The notes below the pieces were generated by a model. The model made no database searches, was not told where the DNA came from, and saw only the letters and a list, made by a program, of their open reading frames with translations. A program made the position numbers and the translations under genes. Of a DNA stretch of 64,000 bases, positions 54,672 through 63,110 are shown piece by piece (the stretch's first letter is position 1; the number at the start of each line of letters is the position of its first letter). The stretch is from a bacterium. GTDB lineage: Bacteria > Sysuimicrobiota > Sysuimicrobiia > Sysuimicrobiales > Segetimicrobiaceae. The DNA is taken from positions 418 through 64,417 of the forward strand of contig DATGFS010000003.1 of assembly GCA_035308905.1 (NCBI GenBank), given 5' to 3'.

Positions 54672-57154
54672 ACGTCCCTCCGTTGGCGGGCCAGCTGCTC
54701 GATGGCGGGCCACGTCCCGATTTGTGCGGCCAAGCGGTCGCGTTCACGGCGCTCGGCGGCGGTGGTGGTGCCGATCAGGTAGTCTTCGGCTATCTCGCGC
54801 AGGACTACGACGCCGCCTTCGCGGCCTTCGAGCAGATCGAGGAGAATCAACACCTCGTTCGAAACGCCGCGCTGCTGCGTCAGGCTCTTCCACAGCATCC
54901 GATGCTGGTCGTTGAGATTCAGCAGCGGCGCAACCCGATCGACATCGGCCGCGCGCGTCAGTACTTTCAGCGGCGCGTTCTCCAAGATGCCGCGGGCGTG
55001 CTCGTTCTCGAAATCCGCGAGACGCTGACTGATGGCCATGATGCCCGCGCCGAACTTCCGGAACCGGCGAAACATTCCGACCAACGACTCCGCGGCGACG
55101 CGATTGAGCAGCGACGCCCAGGTTTCGTCGCTCACCACGTATTTGAGGCGGCCCGAATCCGCGCGCACCCGTTGGTAGATCAAATGGTTGGCCAGCAGCG
55201 CGACGATCGGCGTCAACTCGGGATATTGCTCGTCGAGCCCCTCGGTGTCGAAACAGACGACGTCGGCGCGGAGGTCCACGCTGGACGGACGGTCCAGGAG
55301 CCGGCCGTACACCCCATCGCCGACCCACAACTCGAGTCGGCCGGCGATGTCCCGCGCGGCGCGCCAGTCGTCGACGCCGGTCTCGCGGCCGCCGGCCTGC
55401 TCGAAGGTGCGCAGCGTGTGGCAAAGGTCGTGCAGGTAGACGGACGCCCCGGCGGCGCGGGCATAGGTCTGGCGAATCCCCGCGTCGATGAGCGCCATTT
55501 CCCGGCGTCCCGGCGCGTCGCCCGGCTCGGCGACCATGAGCGCGATGAGGGACCGCAGAAGTCCAAGGTGCGCGGAGTCCGGTTCCGTCTCGCCGGGCAA
55601 GAGAGCAAACGGGTTGATCGAGACCTCGGCGCCAGGATCGATCTGAACATATTGGCCGCGGTACACCTCGCAAAACGTGCGATATGCCCCGCCTTTGTCG
55701 ACGACGAAGACGATGGGATCCAGCACAAGGAGACGCGACAGCCAAGCGAGCGCAAAATGAGTCTTGCCGCCGCCGGACTCACCGACGACGATCGCGTTCC
55801 ACGAGGGCAGCCGCGGATCGAACGGGTCGAGGCCCACCAGAGTGTGCGCCCGCGTCGTGAACAGACACACCGGCCGCGCGGCGCCGCGCCAGGGCGCGGC
55901 GCAGGGAACGAAGTCCGCGGCGTTGCTCGTCAGCATGCGGAGGAGGCGCTCGTTCGGCAGTCCGCTAAACGGGGCGAGCTGAAAGAACTGCCGCCGAAGC
56001 GCGACCGATTCGATCCGGGCGTCCACACCGGGAATCTGCCGGAACGCGTCGAGCGCGCGCCGGGCCGCTTCGCGCGCCAGCTCGGGGGTCCGTTCCTGGA
56101 CCACCACGGCGACACCGACTCGCATCACGCGCTCGCTGGTCAGCTGCATCAGGTCTAGAGCGTCGGCGATCTGCTGCTCGACCGCGCGGGCGTTGGAGTC
56201 CCCGCCGTCCTGCGCAAGAACGGCCTGACGGCTCAACCGGCTCTTCAGTTCAAGCCGTTTCAGTTGGTCCGACCGCCGGTCGTTCCAGGCCTCCACGACG
56301 AGCCAGTACGTGCCGGGTAGTTCGAGGAGCGGGGCGACCACGTTCGGCGTCGTCGGCTGGTCGGGCAGCACGTCCATCGCAATAACGGCGTGCGCGAAAC
56401 CGTCCATCCACAAGAAGTCCCAGCGGCGGTAGAGATCCGACCGCACGACGGCGGTCCGCAGCGAGCTTCGACCGAAGGACGACGACGCGCCAAGTAATTG
56501 CCGGGGAATCTCGAGCGGCGTATCGGGCGGGACGGCCGGAGGGGCGCTCCGTCCTTTCCGTCCGGGGTTGAAGAAACGCCAGATCAGCGCGGTCAGCTCG
56601 GCATCATCGAGCGGCCGCGCGTCGAACCCGCATCGGGCACAGTGGGTCACCATCACCTCGCGCAGGGCGCGGAGCTCGACCTGGTGGAGCCGGTAGGCGC
56701 CGGCATCGACCGGGGTCCACCACCGTCGGGGGCGGCTGGCGGGATGGTAGGACAGGTCGAGAATGAGACGATAGTTGGTGAAGCGGCCGGCCTCATGTGT
56801 TCCGGCGAGCGCGGCCGCCCGGCGGCGGTGAAGATCGAGCACGCGCTCGTCTCGCGCGCCGCCGGCGACCGCAGCGTGGGCGCGCAAGACGTCCCGGCAG
56901 TCGTCGTGCACCTCGAGCAGAACACGAAGGCATTCGCCTTCCGGGACGGCGGCGTTGAGCAGCACGCGCAGATGCTCGTTGCTTCGAGTCAGCTGCGTGG
57001 CGTCCCACACTTCGGTTCCCGGAAGAGTCAGATCGAAGCCGAGCCGGTAACTGCCGTCGCGAAGCACCACGGCGCCGTCCCGCACCGCCCAATACGGCAG
57101 CTCGCGGGTCAGATTGCCGGGCAGATCTATCGGCCGCACCGGTGGCTCATACAA
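54662..57154 (-). CDS. Type IV secretion ATPase VirB4/TrbE/CagE family
   Basis: Walker A NAIVVGESGGGKTHFALAWLS. 830 aa; overall layout of VirB4. Confidence 0.85.
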   Translation of the reverse strand: MYEPPVRPIDLPGNLTRELPYWAVRDGAVVLRDGSYRLGFDLTLPGTEVWDATQLTRSNEHLRVLLNAAVPEGECLRVLLEVHDDCRDVLRAHAAVAGGARDERVLDLHRRRAAALAGTHEAGRFTNYRLILDLSYHPASRPRRWWTPVDAGAYRLHQVELRALREVMVTHCARCGFDARPLDDAELTALIWRFFNPGRKGRSAPPAVPPDTPLEIPRQLLGASSSFGRSSLRTAVVRSDLYRRWDFLWMDGFAHAVIAMDVLPDQPTTPNVVAPLLELPGTYWLVVEAWNDRRSDQLKRLELKSRLSRQAVLAQDGGDSNARAVEQQIADALDLMQLTSERVMRVGVAVVVQERTPELAREAARRALDAFRQIPGVDARIESVALRRQFFQLAPFSGLPNERLLRMLTSNAADFVPCAAPWRGAARPVCLFTTRAHTLVGLDPFDPRLPSWNAIVVGESGGGKTHFALAWLSRLLVLDPIVFVVDKGGAYRTFCEVYRGQYVQIDPGAEVSINPFALLPGETEPDSAHLGLLRSLIALMVAEPGDAPGRREMALIDAGIRQTYARAAGASVYLHDLCHTLRTFEQAGGRETGVDDWRAARDIAGRLELWVGDGVYGRLLDRPSSVDLRADVVCFDTEGLDEQYPELTPIVALLANHLIYQRVRADSGRLKYVVSDETWASLLNRVAAESLVGMFRRFRKFGAGIMAISQRLADFENEHARGILENAPLKVLTRAADVDRVAPLLNLNDQHRMLWKSLTQQRGVSNEVLILLDLLEGREGGVVVLREIAEDYLIGTTTAAERRERDRLAAQIGTWPAIEQLARQRRDVCG

Positions 57155-57470
57155 TGTACGGGTTCACGTCCTGATCCGCGCCGAGGACGTATGCGTTCGG
57201 TTCGCCGACGAACTCCATAAAATGCCTGAGGAAATGGCGCGGCGCCCGCTCGCGCAGCCGCCGCCATACAGCAAACACCAACCCCGTGGCGCAGGCGGAT
57301 ACCGCGGCCTCGGCCCGAGGCCACCCCATGGCGCGTCCCACAAACAAGTCGCTCAGTCTGGACAGCACGACAAAGGCTACGCCGAGTCCGAACCAGTCCT
57401 CCAGTTCTACGCCCAAGAGCGTGACCGGAGCATCCAACTTCCGGTAGACGACATGGCGGGGCAGCATCAC
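57147..57470 (-). CDS. VirB3/TrbD-like small membrane protein
   Basis: 107 aa with a hydrophobic segment WFGLGVAFVVLSRL. Lies immediately upstream of VirB4 and overlaps it by 8 nt, the usual VirB3 position. Confidence 0.5.
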   Translation of the reverse strand: MMLPRHVVYRKLDAPVTLLGVELEDWFGLGVAFVVLSRLSDLFVGRAMGWPRAEAAVSACATGLVFAVWRRLRERAPRHFLRHFMEFVGEPNAYVLGADQDVNPYIV

Positions 57471-57488
57471 CGACCCTCGTCCGTGGCA

Positions 57489-57791
57489 TTATCCGTGGAT
57501 CATGCGGATGATCTGCCCGCCGAAAAACAACACGACGGAACCGATGATGACCCACAACGCGTTTCGAATGCCGTTGCGGTGGTCCGCGATGATGACGGCC
57601 CCGGCCACTAGCAGCGCAGCCGTGGCATATGCCAGGCCGAAAGCACCGGACAGGCTGAGCGCGGCCTGGTTGAATAGGTTCGTGAGCGGCGCGAAGAGAT
57701 CGCCGCCCGTGGATCCGGGGGTCTGGGCATGGGCGCGAACTTGCGCAACCAGCACAATCACGACTGCGAGGCCGGGGGGCGTCAATCGCAT
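57489..57791 (-). CDS. VirB2/TrbC-like pilin
   Basis: 100 aa: signal peptide MRLTPPGLAVVIVLVAQVRAHAQT, then two hydrophobic helices (GAFGLAYATAALLVAGAVIIA; ALWVIIGSVVLFFGGQII), the T4SS pilin architecture. Confidence 0.6.
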   Translation of the reverse strand: MRLTPPGLAVVIVLVAQVRAHAQTPGSTGGDLFAPLTNLFNQAALSLSGAFGLAYATAALLVAGAVIIADHRNGIRNALWVIIGSVVLFFGGQIIRMIHG

Positions 57792-57792
57792 T

Positions 57793-59121
57793 TCAGTGCG
57801 CCTCTGTCACCAAAATGATGCACCGGGTCCCGGCCGGGATCTCAAGTGTTTCGACGACCGCCCCTGACGTCTGAGGGTTCAACGTATCGGCAAGGCGCGA
57901 AGCGGCATATGTCCATCCCGGTGCCGCCCCGCCGACAGACACCTGGGTCGCACCGTCGGCCACGGTAACCTGGGCCGCACGCGCCAGCGCCTGCAGGTAG
58001 TCCGAAACGGCCAGCACCACGGCGCGGATGGCCGACGCCGCCGCAGCCCGGCGGCGAATGACGACCCGGCCGGACAGCCCATCCGACAGCGAGTCCGGGT
58101 CAAGCGCGACGCCGCTCACAGGTCCGCCGGCCGTCCGCGATCCGCCGGACCCGCCACCGGCGTCGCGGTCCGCGGTCTGGAATGAAATGTGCACCCGTCC
58201 GTCTGGTTCGGCCTCGGCGTGACCGAGCCAAGACGACCCGTCCACTCCCTCCGCGATGACGGGTACCGGAGGCACGCCGGCCGCCACGACGACGCCGGTC
58301 GCAAGCCGCGCCGCGAGCTGATCGCCGACTTTCCGTGCACCGGCTCGCATGCCGCGAACTTCTTCGGTCGTGCTCGCGCGCAATGTGGGTGCCGCCCCGG
58401 TGTCGCCCCCCGCATTACGGGCATATACCACCGGAGAGCGCGGCGCGGCGTCGACGTTGGGTGACGGGATGCCGCTCGACTCGGGCATACGGTTGAAAAC
58501 GATCGACGGTGAAAGTGCTCTCTCGACGGCGCCTGTTCCCGAGAGAACAGACGGAAGCGGCAGAACGGGCACAGGCGGCAGCTGCGAAAGCGAGCGCATT
58601 GCGGGGGCGGGCGGCACAGCCGGCAGCGCCGTCCGCCCCCGCATCCACAGCAGTGTGCCCCGCACGGTGCCCGGAGCAACCGCGGGCGTTGCTTCGTGCG
58701 TGGAGCTGCCGGCCCGGTGCAGCGCGCCGACCGGCGCCGGCGAGATCGACGTGCGGTGGGAACGGGTCAGCAGCGAGGACGCGCCGGCGGCTACCAGCAG
58801 GACGGCGGCAAGGCCGAGCGGCACCGTCGCCGCGACGCGCCGTTTTGCGAGGAGCCGGTCACCGGCGTCGCTTTCGTACTCACCCCATCCGAACAGCGCG
58901 CGACGCAGAACCGTGCGTCGGTGACGGCGGTGCAATACCCGCTCGCTGTCGAGCCGGATGTCCGACCCCGAGAGTTGATCCAGCACTTCGGAATAGAGGT
59001 CAGGCGCCGCCTCGGCGAGGCGCGCCAAGACCTGGGGCACCGCTGCCGGCGAGAGGTCTACGGAATCGCCCAGAACCGCGCGAATGCGGGAGGCGGATTC
59101 GGGAGCGAGCACGATTTCCAC
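57793..59121 (-). CDS. Bitopic membrane protein of unknown function, first gene of the T4SS operon
   Basis: About 100-aa cytoplasmic N-terminus, one TM (ATVPLGLAAVLLVAAGASSLL), and a Pro/Ala/Ser-rich periplasmic region. Ends ...LEIPAGTRCIILVTEAH. Confidence 0.4.
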   Translation of the reverse strand: MEIVLAPESASRIRAVLGDSVDLSPAAVPQVLARLAEAAPDLYSEVLDQLSGSDIRLDSERVLHRRHRRTVLRRALFGWGEYESDAGDRLLAKRRVAATVPLGLAAVLLVAAGASSLLTRSHRTSISPAPVGALHRAGSSTHEATPAVAPGTVRGTLLWMRGRTALPAVPPAPAMRSLSQLPPVPVLPLPSVLSGTGAVERALSPSIVFNRMPESSGIPSPNVDAAPRSPVVYARNAGGDTGAAPTLRASTTEEVRGMRAGARKVGDQLAARLATGVVVAAGVPPVPVIAEGVDGSSWLGHAEAEPDGRVHISFQTADRDAGGGSGGSRTAGGPVSGVALDPDSLSDGLSGRVVIRRRAAAASAIRAVVLAVSDYLQALARAAQVTVADGATQVSVGGAAPGWTYAASRLADTLNPQTSGAVVETLEIPAGTRCIILVTEAH

Positions 59122-59233
59122 GTCGCGCCTCCTGAGATGCTTTTATGTTTAGATGTTCACACATCACTATAGAGCAGGGCCAGCCTACGTCAAGAGGCGA
59201 ACGCTTGCTCCTGAACGAACGAGAAAAATTGTC
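59122..59233. promoter_or_regulatory. AT-rich divergent promoter region between T4SS operon (-) and Lon-like protease gene (+)
   Basis: ...tgcttttatgtttagatgttcacacatcactatagagcagggccagcctacgtcaagaggcgaacgcttgctcctgaacgaacgagaaaaattgtcATG. This is the lowest-GC intergenic stretch in the second half of the window. Confidence 0.4.
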
Positions 59234-61858
59234 ATGTCCACCTCCCTCGGTGACGACCGGCAGCTAAGCCCCGACGCGCTCCGCCGCCGCAGCGACCCGG
59301 CGAGCCTCGGGTTTCAGACCACCGCCGAATTGCAATCGGACGGCGGGCCGCGCCTCGTGGGCCAGCCGCGGGCGGTGCGCGCGCTCGACTTCGGGCTGCG
59401 CGTCGACCAGCCGGGCTACAACGTCTTCATGAGCGGGCCGCCCGGTACGGGGCGCATGACCTACGCGCGCTCGGCGGTCGAGGAGGCCGCCCGCGGAGGC
59501 CGCGTGCCGCCGGACTGGTGCTACGTCCGCAACTTCGCCGCGCCGAGCCAGCCGATCGCGATCATGCTGCCCTCCGGGATCGGCCGCAAGTTCCAGCGCG
59601 ACGTGCGGGAGTTGCTCGTCGAGATCCGGGAGGGGCTCCGCCAGGCGTTCACGAGCGAGCTCTATGAGCGCCGGCGCGCGGAGGTCGTGAAGCGCTACGA
59701 GCAGCGGGTGGGCCAGATCTGGGAGGGGCTCGAGGCCGAGGCGCGCACGAGGGGCCTCATGCTGCAGCGGACCCCGACCGGCATCGCCACGGTCCCCGTT
59801 GACCTGCAGGGCAAGCCCATCCCCGAGGAAGTCTTCAACCAGCTGCCTGAGGCCGACCGGACGAAGCTGCAACAACGCACGACCGAGCTCGGCGACGCGG
59901 TGACCGAGGCGCTGCGGCAGGTGCGCGCGCTCGAGCGCGAAGGCCGCGACGCCCTCCGCGACCTCGAGCGGCAGACCGCCCAGTACATGATCGACGCGCC
60001 GGTGGCGCGGCTCCGCGAGCAGTACGCGGACCACCTGCGGGTCCTCACGTACTTCGACGCCTTGAAGCAGGACATGCTCGACCATCTCTCCGAGATCACC
60101 CAGACCGGCGACGAGGAAGGCGGCGGGAGGCCGTCCGTCGAGATGCCGGGCATGCCGCGGCGCGACCCCTTCGCCCGCTACCAGGTCAACCTGCTCGTGG
60201 ATCACGCCGACACCAAAGGCGCGCCGGTCATCGTCGAAACCAACCCGACCTACTACAACCTCGTCGGCCGGGCCGAACTGCGCGTGGAGTTCGGCGCGCT
60301 CGTCACCGACCTCACGATGATCAAGCCGGGCGCGCTGCACCTCGCGAACGGGGGCTACCTGATCCTGCACGTGCGGGACGTGCTGACGAGCCCGTTCGCG
60401 TACGAGGGGCTCAAGCGCGCGCTGCGCGGGCGCGAGATCCGCATCGAGCCGCTCGGGGAAGCGGCCGGCATGCTGCCGACGGCGACCCTGCGGCCCGACC
60501 CGATCCCGCTCGACCTCAAGGTCATCCTGGTCGGCACCCCCTACCTCTACCACGCGCTCTACGCGCTCGACGAGGACTTCGAGCAGCTGTTCAAGATCCG
60601 GGCCGATTTCGACACCGTGGTCGAGCGCACGCCGGAGACGATGCGGGAGTACGCGCGGGCCATCGCCGGGATCGCGCGGCGCTGCGGGATCTGCGAGTTC
60701 GACGCGGGGGCCGTCGCGGAGGTCATCGACCACGGGGCGCGCGTCGCCGGCGAGCAGGACAAGCTCAGCACCCGCTTCAACGAGGTCACCGAGATCGTCT
60801 TCGAAGCGGCCACCTGGGCCAAGCAGGCCGGGCGGACCGTCGCGACGCGCGACGACGTCCGGCGCGCGGTCGATGAGAAGGCGCTCCGCAGCAACCTCAT
60901 CGAGGAGAAGATCCGCGAGGCAATCGAGACCGGGCAGATCCTCGTCGACATCCAGGGCAAGGTCACGGGCCAGATCAACGGGCTCGCCGTGCTGCAGTTG
61001 GGGGACTACATGTTCGGACAGCCGAGCCGGATCACCGCGCGTGTGCACGTCGGCTCCCGCGGCGTCGTCAACATCGAGCGGGAGACGCAGATGTCGGGCA
61101 AGATCCACACCAAAGGCGTGTTTGTCCTGTCGTCGTTCTTCGCCAGCCGGTTCGCGCAGCAGGCGCCGCTCAGCCTCTCGGCCTCTCTCACCTTCGAACA
61201 GCTCTACTCGGAAGTCGACGGGGACAGCGCGAGCTCAACCGAACTGTACGCGCTCCTCAGCGAGCTCTCCGGGATCCCGATCGACCAGGGCATCGCCACG
61301 ACGGGGTCGGTCAACCAGCGGGGCGAGATTCAGCCGATCGGCGGCGTCAACGAAAAGATCGAGGGCTTCTACTACACGTGCAAGGCGCGGGAGCTCACGG
61401 GCCGCCAGGGCGTGATCATCCCTCACCAAAACGTCCGCAACCTGATGCTGCGAGAGGAAGTCGTCGACGCGGTGCGCAGCGGCAAATTCCACGTATGGAC
61501 GGCGCGGACGGTCGACGACGGCATCGAGATCTTGACGGGGGTCCGGGCCGGGGCGCCGGATGCGAACGGCGCCTACCCACCGGACACGATCAACGGACGG
61601 GTCGTGGCACGGCTGGCCGACCTGGCGCAGCGCCTCCGGCAGTTTGGCGACCGCCGCGACAACATCCGGGAGACGATCATCATGCAGGGCGGTCCCGCAG
61701 CCCCGCCGGTGCCGGGCCCGCCGCCCGGGCCGCCCGAACCGCCCCCGCCCGGCAGTCCCCCCCCCGAGCCGCCGCCGCCTGGGCCGCCGCCCGGCGGTCC
61801 GCCGCCGACGTTGCTCACCGATCGAGGTACGGGAGAACCCGAGCCGTTCGGGCCGTAA
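59234..61858 (+). CDS. LonC-type Lon-like protease (AAA+-like module with degenerate Walker A, S16 Ser-Lys protease domain, proline-rich C-terminal tail)
   Basis: Start MSTSLGDDRQL. Walker A-like FMSGPPGTGRMTY has Arg in place of the canonical Lys. Long helical insertion. The C-terminal S16 domain (...GQINGLAVLQLGDYMFGQPSRITARVHVG...VDGDSASSTELYALLSELSGIPIDQGIATTGSVNQRGEIQPIGGVNEKIEGF...) retains the catalytic Ser and Lys. The last roughly 55 aa are Pro-rich (PAAPPVPGPPPGPPEPPPPGSPPPEPPPPGPPPGGPPP). Confidence 0.8.
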   Translation: MSTSLGDDRQLSPDALRRRSDPASLGFQTTAELQSDGGPRLVGQPRAVRALDFGLRVDQPGYNVFMSGPPGTGRMTYARSAVEEAARGGRVPPDWCYVRNFAAPSQPIAIMLPSGIGRKFQRDVRELLVEIREGLRQAFTSELYERRRAEVVKRYEQRVGQIWEGLEAEARTRGLMLQRTPTGIATVPVDLQGKPIPEEVFNQLPEADRTKLQQRTTELGDAVTEALRQVRALEREGRDALRDLERQTAQYMIDAPVARLREQYADHLRVLTYFDALKQDMLDHLSEITQTGDEEGGGRPSVEMPGMPRRDPFARYQVNLLVDHADTKGAPVIVETNPTYYNLVGRAELRVEFGALVTDLTMIKPGALHLANGGYLILHVRDVLTSPFAYEGLKRALRGREIRIEPLGEAAGMLPTATLRPDPIPLDLKVILVGTPYLYHALYALDEDFEQLFKIRADFDTVVERTPETMREYARAIAGIARRCGICEFDAGAVAEVIDHGARVAGEQDKLSTRFNEVTEIVFEAATWAKQAGRTVATRDDVRRAVDEKALRSNLIEEKIREAIETGQILVDIQGKVTGQINGLAVLQLGDYMFGQPSRITARVHVGSRGVVNIERETQMSGKIHTKGVFVLSSFFASRFAQQAPLSLSASLTFEQLYSEVDGDSASSTELYALLSELSGIPIDQGIATTGSVNQRGEIQPIGGVNEKIEGFYYTCKARELTGRQGVIIPHQNVRNLMLREEVVDAVRSGKFHVWTARTVDDGIEILTGVRAGAPDANGAYPPDTINGRVVARLADLAQRLRQFGDRRDNIRETIIMQGGPAAPPVPGPPPGPPEPPPPGSPPPEPPPPGPPPGGPPPTLLTDRGTGEPEPFGP

Positions 61859-61865
61859 GCCCGCC

Positions 61866-62465
61866 TTAACTCCGTGACGGCCGACGGTGCGCGACCTGCG
61901 GCATCGGGGCCGTTCGCCGCGGGCCGGTCCGGCCCGAAAGCAGGAGGCCGATCCGGGTGTAGACACGGCGGAGCCCGATCGTCGTATTGGGATCGTCGAC
62001 GCCCCGCCGCGTCAGGTAGTCGTGTAGCACGCAAAGCAGCATGCCCGACGACATCCGGTTGAGCAGGCGGCGGCTCGCGCGGGCGACCGCCTCCATCTCC
62101 ACGATCTGCTCCTCGAGCACGTCGTCGTCGAGATCTTCGCCCGCGCGCTGCCGGCGGGCGTGCACGAGCTCGTGCAGGATCGTGAACTGCTTCTCCGGCG
62201 CGGGCAGGCCCGCTTCCACCCAGATCTCGTTGCCGTCGTCGCCCATATTGAGCAGGCCGTCGAAGGTCGTATCCGGACTCAGCGGGATGTCCGTCAGTTG
62301 ACGGGCGAGCGTGCGAAACCGTCTCAGGTACTTCTCGCGAATCACATAGGAACGCTTCGGGAGCCGCGTGAGGCGGGCGGCCCGCTTTTTGGAGCGAATA
62401 AGAACGACCCCGCGCGTCGCAGGACGCCTCAGGCGCACCGCGCGGATCCGTGTCTTGCGCGACAT
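61866..62465 (-). CDS. ImmA/IrrE-family (DUF955) zinc metallopeptidase
   Basis: HExxH motif in FTILHELVHARRQRAGEDLDDDVLEEQIVEMEA. Start MSRKTRIRAV... (ATG 62465 after GGGAGGA). 199 aa. No HTH/XRE partner gene is adjacent. Confidence 0.7.
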   Translation of the reverse strand: MSRKTRIRAVRLRRPATRGVVLIRSKKRAARLTRLPKRSYVIREKYLRRFRTLARQLTDIPLSPDTTFDGLLNMGDDGNEIWVEAGLPAPEKQFTILHELVHARRQRAGEDLDDDVLEEQIVEMEAVARASRRLLNRMSSGMLLCVLHDYLTRRGVDDPNTTIGLRRVYTRIGLLLSGRTGPRRTAPMPQVAHRRPSRS

Positions 62466-62717
62466 ACGTCCTCCCACACGAATCGGTGCAAACGATTACC
62501 GGGCGAAACGAGCGCCCGGCGCGGAATGTTCCACCGGGACGGGGGAACCCCGATCAGGTGTTCGTGGCCGCGCCGATATCGCTACCCGGTGTATTCCCCG
62601 GACGCGGACCGGCCGTGGCGCGCTTCCGGCGGAGGATCGAGGGGCGGTCGAGACGTTGCATCGGACAAAAGATAGAGGGGCCGGAGAACCCCGGCCCCCA
62701 AACACCGCTTCTGTTCT

Positions 62718-62882
62718 TTAGGCGTCTTTCGCCATTTTCATTACTTCTTCGCGTGGAACTCCTTGCGGAAAGTCCTTGCTGTGCGCGTGTTTGACGTGCA
62801 CGTTCACAACCTCGACCAACTCATCAACGGTATGGACTTTGAATTCAGCTCCACAAGGACTGGGGCATGTGATCTTCTTCAT
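62718..62882 (-). CDS. DUF1059-family small metal-binding protein (54 aa), low-GC mini-ORF not in the supplied ORF track
   Basis: Hand translation gives MKKITCPSPCGAEFKVHTVDELVEVVNVHVKHAHSKDFPQGVPREEVMKMAKDA*, preceded by GGGAGGTGATCC. The M-K-K-I-x-C-x-x-x-C-G-x-E motif plus a His-rich centre matches DUF1059. GC content is clearly below the local average. Confidence 0.6.
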   Translation of the reverse strand: MKKITCPSPCGAEFKVHTVDELVEVVNVHVKHAHSKDFPQGVPREEVMKMAKDA

Positions 62883-63002
62883 GGATCACCTCCCTTGTCG
62901 GCTCTCAGAGCGACCGATTAGAAGACGCACGCCGGATTCCTTCCGAGCGACTGCCACGTAAGCCTTTGCAGGGCTTCAGCGTCCTATGTTAATGTGGGGA
63001 CG

Positions 63003-63081
63003 GCCCCGATCGTCTAGGTCGGCCTAGGACATCGGCCCTTCAAGCCGGTAACGCGGGTTCAAATCCCGCTCGGGGCACCAT
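63003..63081 (+). tRNA. tRNA-Glu (anticodon UUC)
   Basis: Hand-folded cloverleaf: acceptor GCCCCGA/TCGGGGC, D-arm GTCT-AGGTCGGCCTA-GGAC, anticodon stem TCGGC/GCCGG with loop CCTTCAA, T-arm GCGGG-TTC(C)AAAT-CCCGC, discriminator A, encoded CCA. Overall similar to bacterial tRNA-Glu. T-loop length and position 33 are uncertain by 1 nt in my reading. Confidence 0.75.
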
Positions 63082-63110
63082 CCAACATGCCGCCTTTCTT
63101 CCGCGAGGTC

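Noticed and set aside
57793-59121. Assignment of the 442-aa first T4SS-operon protein as VirB10/TrbI
   Set aside because: Topology (N-terminal cytoplasmic, one TM, Pro-rich periplasmic) and size fit, and the C-terminal IPAGT resembles a TrbI motif. But the motif sits at the very C-terminus rather than at the start of a beta-barrel domain, and no other VirB10 signature is visible. Left as hypothetical.
59264-61108. 614-aa minus-strand ORF inside the Lon-like protease gene
   Set aside because: Antisense shadow ORF. The plus-strand protein has clear Lon AAA and S16 motifs.
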